In this document: positions 26,833 through 35,984 of the stretch, piece after piece
How the letters are laid out: each line of letters opens with the position of its first letter
Numbering within the stretch: the stretch's first letter is position 1
Origin: an uncultured virus (IMG/VR IMGVR_UViG_3300021404_000009)
Lineage: Duplodnaviria; Heunggongvirae; Uroviricota; Caudoviricetes
Strand: one strand, 5' to 3'
Length of the DNA: 64,000 nt
Virus record (IMG/VR): IMGVR_UViG_3300021404_000009
The notes under the pieces: model-generated
Seen by the model: only the letters and a program-made list of their open reading frames with translations
Databases searched by the model: none
What the model was told of the DNA's origin: nothing
Position numbers and translations under genes: made by a program

Positions 26833-27981
26833 ATGAACAGCGACGCCGCCCGCTACATCCCAACCCTCGACGGCTGGCGGGCCGTCGCGATCCTGGCCGT
26901 GATGGCTTACCACGCCCATTTCGAGCTGATCGGGCCGCGGGGATACGCGCCTAACGCGGCGCTGACGGCGGTCGTCGATAAGTGGGGCGTGGGAGTGGAC
27001 GTCTTCTTCGCGATCAGCGGCTACCTGATCTGCACCCGACTACTGGCGGAGCGGGCGAAGACGGGGCGGATCGACCTCCGCGGCTTCTACCTCCGCCGGA
27101 CCTTCCGCATCCTGCCGCCCTACTTTGCCTATCTGGCGGTGGTCGGCCTCTTGGGGGCCGCGGGCATGCTCGCGGTCAAGCGAGGCGAGTTCCTAAGTTG
27201 CCTCGTGTTCCTTCGCAACTATGTGCCGAAGCCCCTGGACGGCCTCTACACCCGGCACTTCTGGTCGCTGGCGGTCGAGGAGCATTTCTATCTGATCTGG
27301 CCCGCGCTGCTCGTGCTGGCCGCCACAGTGCCCCGAGCGAGGCGACTGGCGTTCGGGCTTGGGATGGGGATCGCCGTCTGGCGGGGGATCGATTCCCACT
27401 GGCAGATCGCCGCCCGCGTCTTCGGACAAAGCTTCCCCGGCAACGTGTTCCGCACTGACACGCGGCTTGACGGGCTGGTCTTCGGCTGTTGGGCTGCACT
27501 GCTCGTCGCCGACCCCGGCTGGCGTGGCCGGCTGGACCGTTGGTTGTCCCCCGCGGCGTGGTGGGGGCTCGTGGCCGTAATGCTCGTTGTGCTCTACGGC
27601 CCCGGCATGCCAATGGCCCGGCTTTGGGTTGCCCTACTTCTGCCGCTGGTCCTCGTGGGCACGGTCCTGCACCCCGGGACTCTGGTAGGCCGCTCCCTGG
27701 AGTGGGGTCCGCTCCGGTGGATCGGGCGGATCTCGTACAGCCTCTACCTTTGGCAGCAACTCTTCCTTGTGCCCCGACCCGGCCCCTTGCCGCTCGGGTT
27801 GCTCCAGGTTTTCCCGCTCAACGTGCTGGCGGTCTTCGGCTGTGCGCTAGCGAGTTATCATCTGGTCGAGCGGCCGGTGATGGCGATGCGGGGGCGGTGG
27901 TTTCCGGCTCGACAGGCCGTGGCCCACTTTGCAGCCGGCCAAGGGGAGCCGCTGCCTCGGTGCGGGGTGGCCGCGCCATGA
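26833..27981 (+). CDS. Acyltransferase-3 family membrane O-acyltransferase (OafA/Oac-like)
   Basis: LDGWRAVAILAVMAYH, GVDVFFAISGYLI, FYLRRTFRILP, HFWSLAVEEHFYLIWP, GRISYSLYLWQ, SYHLVERP. Confidence 0.92.
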   Translation: MNSDAARYIPTLDGWRAVAILAVMAYHAHFELIGPRGYAPNAALTAVVDKWGVGVDVFFAISGYLICTRLLAERAKTGRIDLRGFYLRRTFRILPPYFAYLAVVGLLGAAGMLAVKRGEFLSCLVFLRNYVPKPLDGLYTRHFWSLAVEEHFYLIWPALLVLAATVPRARRLAFGLGMGIAVWRGIDSHWQIAARVFGQSFPGNVFRTDTRLDGLVFGCWAALLVADPGWRGRLDRWLSPAAWWGLVAVMLVVLYGPGMPMARLWVALLLPLVLVGTVLHPGTLVGRSLEWGPLRWIGRISYSLYLWQQLFLVPRPGPLPLGLLQVFPLNVLAVFGCALASYHLVERPVMAMRGRWFPARQAVAHFAAGQGEPLPRCGVAAP

Positions 27982-28181
27982 AACTCTCGGACGCCCGCAA
28001 TCTCGCCGCCGGCTCTGTCCTGCTCTTCGTGCTCGACGTGGCCGGAATCAAGGAGGCCGGACAGATCCTCTACCTTGCCCTGGGTTTCGGCGGGCTTGTC
28101 TTGATCCTGGGTGTGATAACGTGGCCACTCCAGAAGCTCTGGCCGTACGAGGAGGCGCCGCCCGAGGACTATCTAGGCTGA
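27978..28181 (+). CDS. Small two-TM membrane protein
   Basis: ATGA overlap with the acyltransferase; two hydrophobic segments. Confidence 0.55.
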   Translation: MKLSDARNLAAGSVLLFVLDVAGIKEAGQILYLALGFGGLVLILGVITWPLQKLWPYEEAPPEDYLG

Positions 28182-28188
28182 GGGGGCC

Positions 28189-28872
28189 TTACGGCCCAAT
28201 CGCCCCCACCGTCGCCGTCAGCCCATCAACCACCGTCGGCGGCGTGGCGTCCGCAATAAAGGTGGCGAACGCCGTGACGTTAGGCTCGGTCGCCGTCGCG
28301 TTCGTCGCCCGCACGCTCACGGTATAAGTTGTGGCGTCGGTCAGGCCCGCAAATGTGGTCGTGAAACTGGGCTGGCCCACAGCGTAGGGAACAGACACTG
28401 GCGAGCCTCCGTAGCCGGGGGTGCTGCCGGCCGTCATGTAGACGAGAAAGCCCGTGGGTGCCCCGTTCTGGCCAATTGGGCTGTAATGCCAGTCCACCCT
28501 CACGCCGCCGTTAGCCGTGGTGATCGCGGAGACGTTCGTGGGGGCGTTGGGCTGGGCCGTGATGTCGAGGCCAGATGAGTTGAGGATGAGGCGAGTGCGG
28601 CAGTCGACGTTTAGTTCTTCGTAGCCGGTGACGGTGTCGAAGGCGCGGACGGCGAAGGTGTAGTCGCCGGGGAACGCGAGGGCCGAACTGGTCCACGTGG
28701 TTGCGGCGAGTGTAGCCATGAGCGGGCCGAAGTCGGTCGGGGCGCGGTCGGTGGGGAAGGCGTCGGTTGAGGCCGTGATGATCGAGGACGGGGAGATGGT
28801 GGCGATTGGCGACCCGTAGTTTACTGGGCCGCCCATTCCGTCGTTGACGAAGACGTTATAGGCGACACTCAT
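28189..28872 (-). CDS. FN3-like domain virion protein
   Basis: YTFAVRAFD, PNAPTNVSA, GLTDATTYTVSVRATN. Confidence 0.75.
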   Translation of the reverse strand: MSVAYNVFVNDGMGGPVNYGSPIATISPSSIITASTDAFPTDRAPTDFGPLMATLAATTWTSSALAFPGDYTFAVRAFDTVTGYEELNVDCRTRLILNSSGLDITAQPNAPTNVSAITTANGGVRVDWHYSPIGQNGAPTGFLVYMTAGSTPGYGGSPVSVPYAVGQPSFTTTFAGLTDATTYTVSVRATNATATEPNVTAFATFIADATPPTVVDGLTATVGAIGP

Positions 28873-29585
28873 CGGCTGAGCCTGGTTGAGAATCTAGTAG
28901 TCGTTGGCTCAATAGGGGTTACACCCCAACCCGAAACTGTCATCCAGTGAATTACAAGTCTATCAAGTATTTCATCCCTTATGGCTGCGAACGCCTTTGC
29001 CTTCGCCCATAAGTCATCGCTCTTGTCAGCCTGCCGTGCCGCCGCGATGTACTGCCGCTCCAAAACGGTCAGCGTGCAGACCTGATTGACCTCGCGGACG
29101 TCGTAGAACTCGCCGGGTGTTCGGCCTGGGATCTTGGGGTCTACGCCGAACCGGCGGTTTAGCTCGTAGGTCACGTCTTCGATTTGGGGAGCAAAGGTCG
29201 CGATCGTGAACCGAACGCCGGTCGTCCCGGCCACGCTCGGCGGAGCACCAACGCCGGACGCATCGCCCTTGCGGCGGAGCACCAGCGTGCCGGACGGCAC
29301 GTCCACCTGATCGACGGCGAAGAGTTCCCGGGGGGAATACTGGGGCGCGCCGGACACAGGCTTGGGTTGTTCGACCTGGACGATCATCCCGGCCTGTACG
29401 CTCCGGGCCGTCCAGTTGGGGTTAGAGGCCGACGTGAGCCCCCACGTGCCCGCACCGAATACGCCGTCGGTGCCAAAAGCCCGTTTCTGGTCGTGCGGCA
29501 CGAGGACGGTGAAGTCGCCACCCGCGCGGACGGCGAGGTCTTCGTCTTGCGCGTACAATGTAGTGAGTGGCGTATATGACGGCAT
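28869..29585 (-). CDS. Putative head-tail adaptor
   Basis: YAQDEDL N-terminus and helical C-half; downstream of capsid genes. Confidence 0.55.
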   Translation of the reverse strand: MPSYTPLTTLYAQDEDLAVRAGGDFTVLVPHDQKRAFGTDGVFGAGTWGLTSASNPNWTARSVQAGMIVQVEQPKPVSGAPQYSPRELFAVDQVDVPSGTLVLRRKGDASGVGAPPSVAGTTGVRFTIATFAPQIEDVTYELNRRFGVDPKIPGRTPGEFYDVREVNQVCTLTVLERQYIAAARQADKSDDLWAKAKAFAAIRDEILDRLVIHWMTVSGWGVTPIEPTTTRFSTRLSR

Positions 29586-29615
29586 GAATTACCGAGGACG
29601 AGGGAGGATTGGCGA

Positions 29616-29927
29616 ATGATCTGGCATCCCAAGATCGAATTCACACCAGGGCAGACCGTTTATCGCTGCGACCTGTCGGCCAACGCCGCGGCCCCGATCG
29701 TCTTGGACTATCGCTGGACAGGCGAGACGGTCAACGGCCATCCAGGCGATCAGGCCGTGTGGTGCGAGTCGCTTTCGGCTGGCGAGAAGGTCTACTGCCA
29801 GCGATGCGCGCTTTTCCCAACGCCCGCATTGGCACTCTTCGCGGCAGCACGCCAGTTGGCTCAGCGGGCCGAGGATCATCGGTTCCTGGCTGAACTTCAC
29901 GCGGCCGAAGCAAGGAGAGAGATGTAA
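29616..29927 (+). CDS. Antisense moron, hypothetical protein
   Basis: GGAGG RBS; coupled to the next + ORF. Confidence 0.6.
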   Translation: MIWHPKIEFTPGQTVYRCDLSANAAAPIVLDYRWTGETVNGHPGDQAVWCESLSAGEKVYCQRCALFPTPALALFAAARQLAQRAEDHRFLAELHAAEARREM

Positions 29928-30319
29928 TGGTTGAGCCGAAACGCGAGAAGATGTCCAAGTCCCGCGGCAACGTTGTCACCCCCGACGAGGTGACGTGCGG
30001 CGTGGCCGATCTGGACTGCCGGATGGAGTTCCGCAATTACCGGAACGATCCGCAGGACTACAGGGCTCTCGGGGTCTGGCGTGATCCGGTCGACGGGAAT
30101 TACTACACGTCCGCGCGGACGGGCAAGCATCCCGTATGGCTGTGCCGGATCGGCATCCCGGACGTGCCGTCGATCCGGTTCAACGGCGAAGAGAGGGGCC
30201 AGCACGCCGGGATTGAGGAGACGCTAGAGTTTCTTGACGACAAGGGCGACGTGATCGGCCTTTGCTATCGGACGAACGGACTGCAATCAGTGGGCACAAT
30301 GCCGCTCACTTCCCCTTAA
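29927..30319 (+). CDS. Antisense moron with N-terminal KMSKS-loop-like peptide
   Basis: EKMSKSRGNVVTPDEV at residues 7-22; AGGAG upstream. Confidence 0.65.
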   Translation: MVEPKREKMSKSRGNVVTPDEVTCGVADLDCRMEFRNYRNDPQDYRALGVWRDPVDGNYYTSARTGKHPVWLCRIGIPDVPSIRFNGEERGQHAGIEETLEFLDDKGDVIGLCYRTNGLQSVGTMPLTSP

Positions 30320-30470
30320 CCCGCTTCAGGTCCGGGTTGGCCTTCTTCGCCTTGCTGCTGTCCTTGCGCGTGGACGCGGCAAGCTCGGCTGACGCCTTCG
30401 CCTTGCTGATGCCTTCCTTGCGGGCGATCTTGGAGGCGACGGCCGAGAATCCGGGGTGTTTCTTCTTCAT
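30306..30470 (-). CDS. Small Lys-rich basic protein
   Basis: MKKKHPGFSAVASKIARKEGISKAKASAELAASTRK...; AGGAG RBS. Confidence 0.65.
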   Translation of the reverse strand: MKKKHPGFSAVASKIARKEGISKAKASAELAASTRKDSSKAKKANPDLKRVKGK

Positions 30471-30652
30471 CGGATGGTCTCCTCGGCAGGGCCGAACTTC
30501 TCTGGGTGCTTGGCCCACAGTGCCGCGTAGAACGGCAGGGGAAAGAGCCGTCGAAGCGTCGACGGTACGTCCTGCCCCGCCGGGATGAATACGCCGGGGA
30601 TCGGCTCGCTGTGGGGGTAAGACTTGCCGTCCTGTCCGACGAGATCGCTCAC
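30467..30652 (-). CDS. Hypothetical small protein
   Basis: GTGA and ATGA overlaps with both neighbours. Confidence 0.5.
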   Translation of the reverse strand: MSDLVGQDGKSYPHSEPIPGVFIPAGQDVPSTLRRLFPLPFYAALWAKHPEKFGPAEETIR

Positions 30653-31758
30653 GGGAACGTCCTGACCACCGTCGGCGAACTGTGGTAGGTGGAGGCCGTC
30701 GTGGTGATGGTGCCGGTGTTGGCAAAGCAGAGCTTGACCGTATCGTGGACGGCCTGGGCGACCGCGGTAAACGCCGCGTCGTACTGCTCCAGCTTGTCCA
30801 GGGCCGAGTTCTGCTCGATCGGCGAGCCGGACAGATAGGCGTGAAGCTCCTGGACGAACGCGGTGTAGAGATCCTGCATCCGGCCCCGACGCCCCTTCAT
30901 GACGTAGGGCGAGATTGCGGAAAGCGCCGTGCTGTTCGTCGCCGGGAACCCCTTGAGGGCATTCGCCCACGTCGCGACCGCAAGATCAAACGTCGTGGCC
31001 GTCGAGATGCCGTAAAACGTCTCCGTCCCCGTGGCGCCGGATGCCGCCGTGAGGTAGATCCGGGCCATCGTCACGCCCGGGGGGAACGTGGGCAGCGTCA
31101 CGCGGGGGATGTTGCCGGACGACGTGGTGAATGAGCTGGTGACTTCCTTCGTGAGCGTACGGCCCACGGCGGTGTCCCAGGCATACGACACGAAGTAGGT
31201 GCCGGCCGGCAGCCCCCCCGCGGTCGTGTTCGTCGCGGGGACGGTCGTGGTCGGGCCTGCGTACGTCGCCGAGATCAGGTCAAGCGTCGTGCCGGACGTG
31301 ATCGTGCCATAGAGCACTTCCGTCCCGGCGGCCCCGTTCGCAGCCGTCAGGTAGACGTTGATCCCGGTCGCGCCCGCCGGGATCGCCGGGGTCGTGACGC
31401 GGGGCTGGGACGTGCCGTTGACGAGGGTAAAGACGGTGCTCTGTGCAGCGTGGGCCGTGCCGTCTGTCGTCTCGCCGTACTTGTGAATGAACGTGTACGT
31501 CGCGTAGTACGTGCCGGACGCGAGCGACGTAGCCGATGCGCCGGACGAGGTGCTGACGGTGGCCGCGACGGTAGGGTTGGAGAGCGTCTGGCCGCCGCCC
31601 GTCGTCGAGACCGTCGGGGCCGTGGTCGGGTTAGCGATGGCCGGGTTTGCCGTGACCAGAAGGTCGAGGACACCGGCCAGGCTGCCCGACTGGAGTTGGG
31701 AAAAGGTGGCGCCCGATGTCAGGGGCGCCGGCGGAGCATAGTTGATGGCGACGCCCAT
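30649..31758 (-). CDS. Putative capsid decoration/fibre protein
   Basis: Two tandem domains GTY...Y...PRVT.P..P.G....VYLTAA.GA.GTE..YG. Confidence 0.6.
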   Translation of the reverse strand: MGVAINYAPPAPLTSGATFSQLQSGSLAGVLDLLVTANPAIANPTTAPTVSTTGGGQTLSNPTVAATVSTSSGASATSLASGTYYATYTFIHKYGETTDGTAHAAQSTVFTLVNGTSQPRVTTPAIPAGATGINVYLTAANGAAGTEVLYGTITSGTTLDLISATYAGPTTTVPATNTTAGGLPAGTYFVSYAWDTAVGRTLTKEVTSSFTTSSGNIPRVTLPTFPPGVTMARIYLTAASGATGTETFYGISTATTFDLAVATWANALKGFPATNSTALSAISPYVMKGRRGRMQDLYTAFVQELHAYLSGSPIEQNSALDKLEQYDAAFTAVAQAVHDTVKLCFANTGTITTTASTYHSSPTVVRTFP

Positions 31759-32120
31759 TATCGGTCCTTCCGCCCGTGGCGGTGGGAATTGGGATTGAGG
31801 GGGATGACCGGCTCGCGAACCGTCTCGGTTTCATCGGACGGAGCAGGCACGGGCATCGGAGGCGGGTCGATCTCCGCGACGATCGCCGTGGCCGCCTCGT
31901 AGGCAAGCCGGAGCGCGTCGCGGAGACGGCGGGCATGGTTGATCGTGTCGGTGCGGCCCGGGGACGGGGGCCGATGGATCGCCTGCGCCACAAGAGTGGA
32001 GCAGGCGTGGATAGCGGGTTGACGCCGGGCGATCTCGGCCGCGGCGGTTGAGAGCGAAAGCCGCTCCGCCGCCGCGGCGATGTACGCCGGGAATCCTGGG
32101 AAACTCTTCCGGTCCATCAT
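31758..32120 (-). CDS. Hypothetical protein
   Basis: GGAG RBS directly after the major capsid gene. Confidence 0.55.
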   Translation of the reverse strand: MMDRKSFPGFPAYIAAAAERLSLSTAAAEIARRQPAIHACSTLVAQAIHRPPSPGRTDTINHARRLRDALRLAYEAATAIVAEIDPPPMPVPAPSDETETVREPVIPLNPNSHRHGRKDR

Positions 32121-32128
32121 CGCTCCGA

Positions 32129-33295
32129 TCAGGTGGCCGAGAAGGCGGTGATGCCGCTGACGAAGGCGTGATGTTGCTCATTTTCAAGCTCGACCGCGCC
32201 CTCAGCCATCCAGTCGCCTTCGACCGCGTCACCACGGACGCCGCGGGGATTGAAGTACTCCTGCCGCTTCATCCGCATGCGGACCTCGTCCGAGGTCAGA
32301 GCCACGGCGGTGCCGGCGGTGAGGTGGAAGCAGAAGACGAGGTTGACGCCGACGAGGAACGGGCACTCGAACACGTTGATCGGCGTGCCGAAGATGTTCG
32401 TGCCGGCGTCGATCCGCTGGGCCGGCTGGCCCCAAGTGGTCAGGCCGCCCATCCAGTCCATCGACAGGAGCAGGATATCGGGCTCGCCGCCGTTGCCCCG
32501 CGCCGCCTGGAGCGTGTCGCGGATCAGGTCGGTCGGCTTGTACGCGCCGGCGTTGGTCGGCGTGGACGTGTTGTTGGTGACGATCAGGGTGTTGAGGCCC
32601 TTCTGCTTCGGGCGGGCGTTGGCGGAGGTGCCGAGGATGTCGGCAGCCGGCGCCTCACCGATCCCGTAGAAGCTGGACTTCTCCATGTCGTCGATCATGT
32701 TCTGGTTGGCTTCCGCCTTGACCAGCGCCGAGATGTCGGGCACCCCGTTCGGCAGCACGAACGCGCTGGACGACGCCAGCGAGCCCGAGATCTGGACGGG
32801 GAACTGCCACACCTGGCAATACTGCGGCGTGCCGATCGGGTTGAACGCAACGCCGTTCTGATTGATTTCACCGCCGGTACGGCTGTTCGAGATCAGCGTA
32901 AGGACGTCGCTGGTCGACCCAGATGCCGCCGTGGTACCTTCCGCCGACCGCCGCACGGTGATCGTGTTCGGGGTCGTGGTCAGCACGGGATCGGCCGTGA
33001 TCTCGACCCGTTCCCCCTCGGGGGTCGACAGGACGTCGCCGTTCTGGAAGCTGGACGCATCGTCTAGGCTGATCGAGGTGGCGGACGTGTTGAAGCCCGC
33101 CTGCACGACCGCGGTTCGCTTGCGGAAGTTCCGCTTCACGATGTTGAACGTGGTCGAGCCGATCGGCATCCGGGGGAGCCGGGTGACGAGCGGGCAGCGG
33201 TTGATGTAGCTGTTGACGGTGTAGGCCGTCATGGCGTTTCGGATTTCGGCCGAATTGCCGAACTGATTCAGAATACCTTGAAGCTCAGCAGACAT
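32129..33295 (-). CDS. Major capsid protein (HK97 fold, SU10/DUF5309-like)
   Basis: QYCQVWQFPVQISGS, DMEKSSFYG, KGLNTLI, GDAVEGDWMAEGAVEL; follows scaffold and portal. Confidence 0.8.
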   Translation of the reverse strand: MSAELQGILNQFGNSAEIRNAMTAYTVNSYINRCPLVTRLPRMPIGSTTFNIVKRNFRKRTAVVQAGFNTSATSISLDDASSFQNGDVLSTPEGERVEITADPVLTTTPNTITVRRSAEGTTAASGSTSDVLTLISNSRTGGEINQNGVAFNPIGTPQYCQVWQFPVQISGSLASSSAFVLPNGVPDISALVKAEANQNMIDDMEKSSFYGIGEAPAADILGTSANARPKQKGLNTLIVTNNTSTPTNAGAYKPTDLIRDTLQAARGNGGEPDILLLSMDWMGGLTTWGQPAQRIDAGTNIFGTPINVFECPFLVGVNLVFCFHLTAGTAVALTSDEVRMRMKRQEYFNPRGVRGDAVEGDWMAEGAVELENEQHHAFVSGITAFSAT

Positions 33296-33353
33296 GGCTT
33301 TTCAGCCTCCGAATCGGCAATTCAGCCGAAGTGGTGATGGAACGGAACAGGGA

Positions 33354-34109
33354 TCAGTTGCGATGGGCGTAGCGACCGCTGAGGCCGACACCCATTCCGG
33401 CGGCATGGCCGCCGGCCGAGACCGCGGCGGAGCGCATCTTCTCGCCCGCCAGGACTCGATCCAGGAAAGTCCCCTGCTCCGTCTCCGCCGGCTTGACCGG
33501 CTCGGGGGTCTTGCCGCCACCGCCCGCGCCGCCTGTCGTGGCCGGCTTCAGGAACGGGGCGAAATCGGCCGAGGCTAGACGCTCGGCGATCACATCCTTC
33601 GCGGGGCGGAACGTGCCCTTCTCGCGGACCACCAGATTGCCGGCGGTGTCGCGTGCGATCTCCAGGGACTGCGCGATCAGGCTCCGCGCCGTGGCGAACA
33701 TGAACCCGTTGTGGAACCGCTCGGCCGGCAGGCCATCGGCGATCGTTCGCTGGAGGACTTCGCCGTAATACTCGGACTCCAGCGAGCCGAACTTGCCGTT
33801 CGCCTCGTCGAGCTTGGTCTGCCACCGGGTCTCGGACTGCTCCAGGGCCTTCTCGACGTCGCCCTTCTTTGCGAGGGCCAGGTTCTTCTCCCGCTCCGCA
33901 GCCTCCACCTTGGCGTTCTCCGCCTGGCGGATCTCGCCGAGCTTCCGCTCCAGGCCGAGGAAGTGCTGGAGTTGGTCCACGGGGATGGCCACGGTCTGCG
34001 GGGCTGCGGGTGCGGGGATCGGGTTCATGGCTTGGGTCGCATTGGTCGGCGCGGGGGCGGGCGTGGGCGAACCACCACCCTCGCCCGCTTCGGGGCTGAG
34101 GCGAATCAT
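33354..34109 (-). CDS. Capsid scaffolding protein
   Basis: Coiled-coil charged core, FLKPATTGGAGGG motif, between portal and capsid. Confidence 0.7.
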   Translation of the reverse strand: MIRLSPEAGEGGGSPTPAPAPTNATQAMNPIPAPAAPQTVAIPVDQLQHFLGLERKLGEIRQAENAKVEAAEREKNLALAKKGDVEKALEQSETRWQTKLDEANGKFGSLESEYYGEVLQRTIADGLPAERFHNGFMFATARSLIAQSLEIARDTAGNLVVREKGTFRPAKDVIAERLASADFAPFLKPATTGGAGGGGKTPEPVKPAETEQGTFLDRVLAGEKMRSAAVSAGGHAAGMGVGLSGRYAHRN

Positions 34110-34171
34110 CAGTGAGGCATCCTGGATAGACGCGGGATTACCCGCGGGGTCGTCGGAACCACGCGGCTCCG

Positions 34172-35923
34172 TCAGTCAACAGCAGTTGAGAATGTGTCGC
34201 CCATCTGCATAGCAGGTCCGCCGTTCGCGGTCTCTTCGGCGGTCTGGGCGGCGGCGGTCGCGCGGGCATCAATCAACGCCCGGATTTCCGCGTCGTATGC
34301 GGCATACACGGCGTCTTCTTTACCGGGAAGAACCCGGCGAATGATCGCCTGCATGAGAGCGGATTCGACCTCGGGGGCCATGCCGGACTTCGCCGCGATC
34401 CCCTGGAATGAGGCCGTGGCGTCCAGCAGTTCGTCCAGGCTAAACAGGTCGAACTCAGCCGGATAATCGATCTTAATCTCGACGTCTGACTCGCGGCCTT
34501 CGTTCAGCACGAGAAGGGCAAGGTCCGCACAGGTGTTCTCGAAGCGCCCCAGTACCTTGGCCAGTTTGCCCAGGAGGTCGTTGCCGTCGTCCTTGTCGAT
34601 CCACTTGGAAACGCCCGACTGGCCGACGGTCTTACCCGTTGTGCCAGCGCTGCCCGCCGGCTTCGTCAACTTGCCGGACCGATCCGCCTCATCGCGAAGG
34701 TCGCTCTTATTCTTGCGGATCGACTCCGCGGCGTCCTTGTCGGGGCAGACGTACTCAAACCCGTGGTAAGAATGATCCGTCCCGGCACCCGTCTTCTTCA
34801 TGGGGAGCATGAAGCCGGGACCGATCGGCATCTCGCCATCGGCCGTGCAGTAGTCTTCGGGGCCTTGGAGGAGCGGGTGGGCCTGGAGGGAGTCGGACAG
34901 CACAAGCTCGGAGTCGCGGTTGTAGAACTCGCGCTGGATCTCCGCGATGGCCTCGTACCGGCTCATGCCCACGTTCTTGCAGCGGGGCTTGCGTCGGTCG
35001 AAGATCCGCTCAATCGGCACGCGACCGAACGCATGCGCCCCCGTTTCGAGAACTTGCCCCGTCGCATCCCTGAGCGTCCACCCGGTAGCCGTCCAATGGC
35101 GGAAGAACACGCGAGAGGTGTGGGACGGGGCGATGGGTGCGCCCGGCATCGGAGCGTCCCCGCCGTCCGGGAACTCCCGCACCAGACACTCGCGGTAGCG
35201 GCCCCGGTCGTCCAGACACCACCAGAGCATGTTCTCGGGCAGGATGTACGAGGCGACGCACCGGGACAGCCCCAACCTCAAGACATCGGCCTGATTCTCG
35301 ACCTTCTCGCCGTCCGGTGCCTTTGGATGGTCAAAGTAGATATCGAGTTGGCCCAGTGCTAGAAGCAGCGGACCGACCTCATCGCTAATCCAATCGTCGA
35401 TGCATGTGCCGCGGCCATCGACATCGCCCCACCACTCGATCAGTTCAGGCGGGCCGTCCCGGTTGACCTCCCGCGCGAAGATCCGCGAGACGTGCGTCTC
35501 GATCGTCTCGCCAAGGAACGTGGGGACGGGGGTCCGGGCGCGGCGAAGCTCGTAGTCATCGTCAGTCGCAAGGGCGGCGGGATCAGACCCCACGGCCCCC
35601 GGCGCCCCGCTGGCGATGCCATTCGGCAGCGCGTAGACGTTGGACAGGGCCGAATCCGACGGCAGCGGATACTCCCGCTTGTGCCGGATCAGGTTGCGGA
35701 CGGGCAGGCCGCGGATGTCGTATCCGTAGACAGCCTGCCGATATCGCTCGCCACCCTCCAGCGAATCGAGTAGCCACCGCCACCGCAGCTGGTGCTCGTT
35801 CCACTCAGGAGATCGACGGCGCACGACCTCAGCATCGGCGTCGCCGAGTGCGCCGGCACCCGCCGCCGGTTCGGGCGCGGGGCCGAAGTAGAGCCGGGGT
35901 TTCTTCTTCGGCCACTGCATCAA
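34172..35923 (-). CDS. Portal protein
   Basis: W.WLLDSLEGGERYR, YELRRART, HAFGRVP, IAEIQREFYNRDS, IDYPAEFD; downstream of terminase. Confidence 0.82.
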   Translation of the reverse strand: MMQWPKKKPRLYFGPAPEPAAGAGALGDADAEVVRRRSPEWNEHQLRWRWLLDSLEGGERYRQAVYGYDIRGLPVRNLIRHKREYPLPSDSALSNVYALPNGIASGAPGAVGSDPAALATDDDYELRRARTPVPTFLGETIETHVSRIFAREVNRDGPPELIEWWGDVDGRGTCIDDWISDEVGPLLLALGQLDIYFDHPKAPDGEKVENQADVLRLGLSRCVASYILPENMLWWCLDDRGRYRECLVREFPDGGDAPMPGAPIAPSHTSRVFFRHWTATGWTLRDATGQVLETGAHAFGRVPIERIFDRRKPRCKNVGMSRYEAIAEIQREFYNRDSELVLSDSLQAHPLLQGPEDYCTADGEMPIGPGFMLPMKKTGAGTDHSYHGFEYVCPDKDAAESIRKNKSDLRDEADRSGKLTKPAGSAGTTGKTVGQSGVSKWIDKDDGNDLLGKLAKVLGRFENTCADLALLVLNEGRESDVEIKIDYPAEFDLFSLDELLDATASFQGIAAKSGMAPEVESALMQAIIRRVLPGKEDAVYAAYDAEIRALIDARATAAAQTAEETANGGPAMQMGDTFSTAVD

Positions 35924-35984
35924 AGGGGATGCTCAGACTTGGGTAGAATGGAGGCGGGCGAACGATGCCCGAAGGAGTCAATCA

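Noticed and set aside
32048..33067. 339-aa ORF antisense to the major capsid gene
   Set aside because: Shadow ORF with no motif or expression signal.
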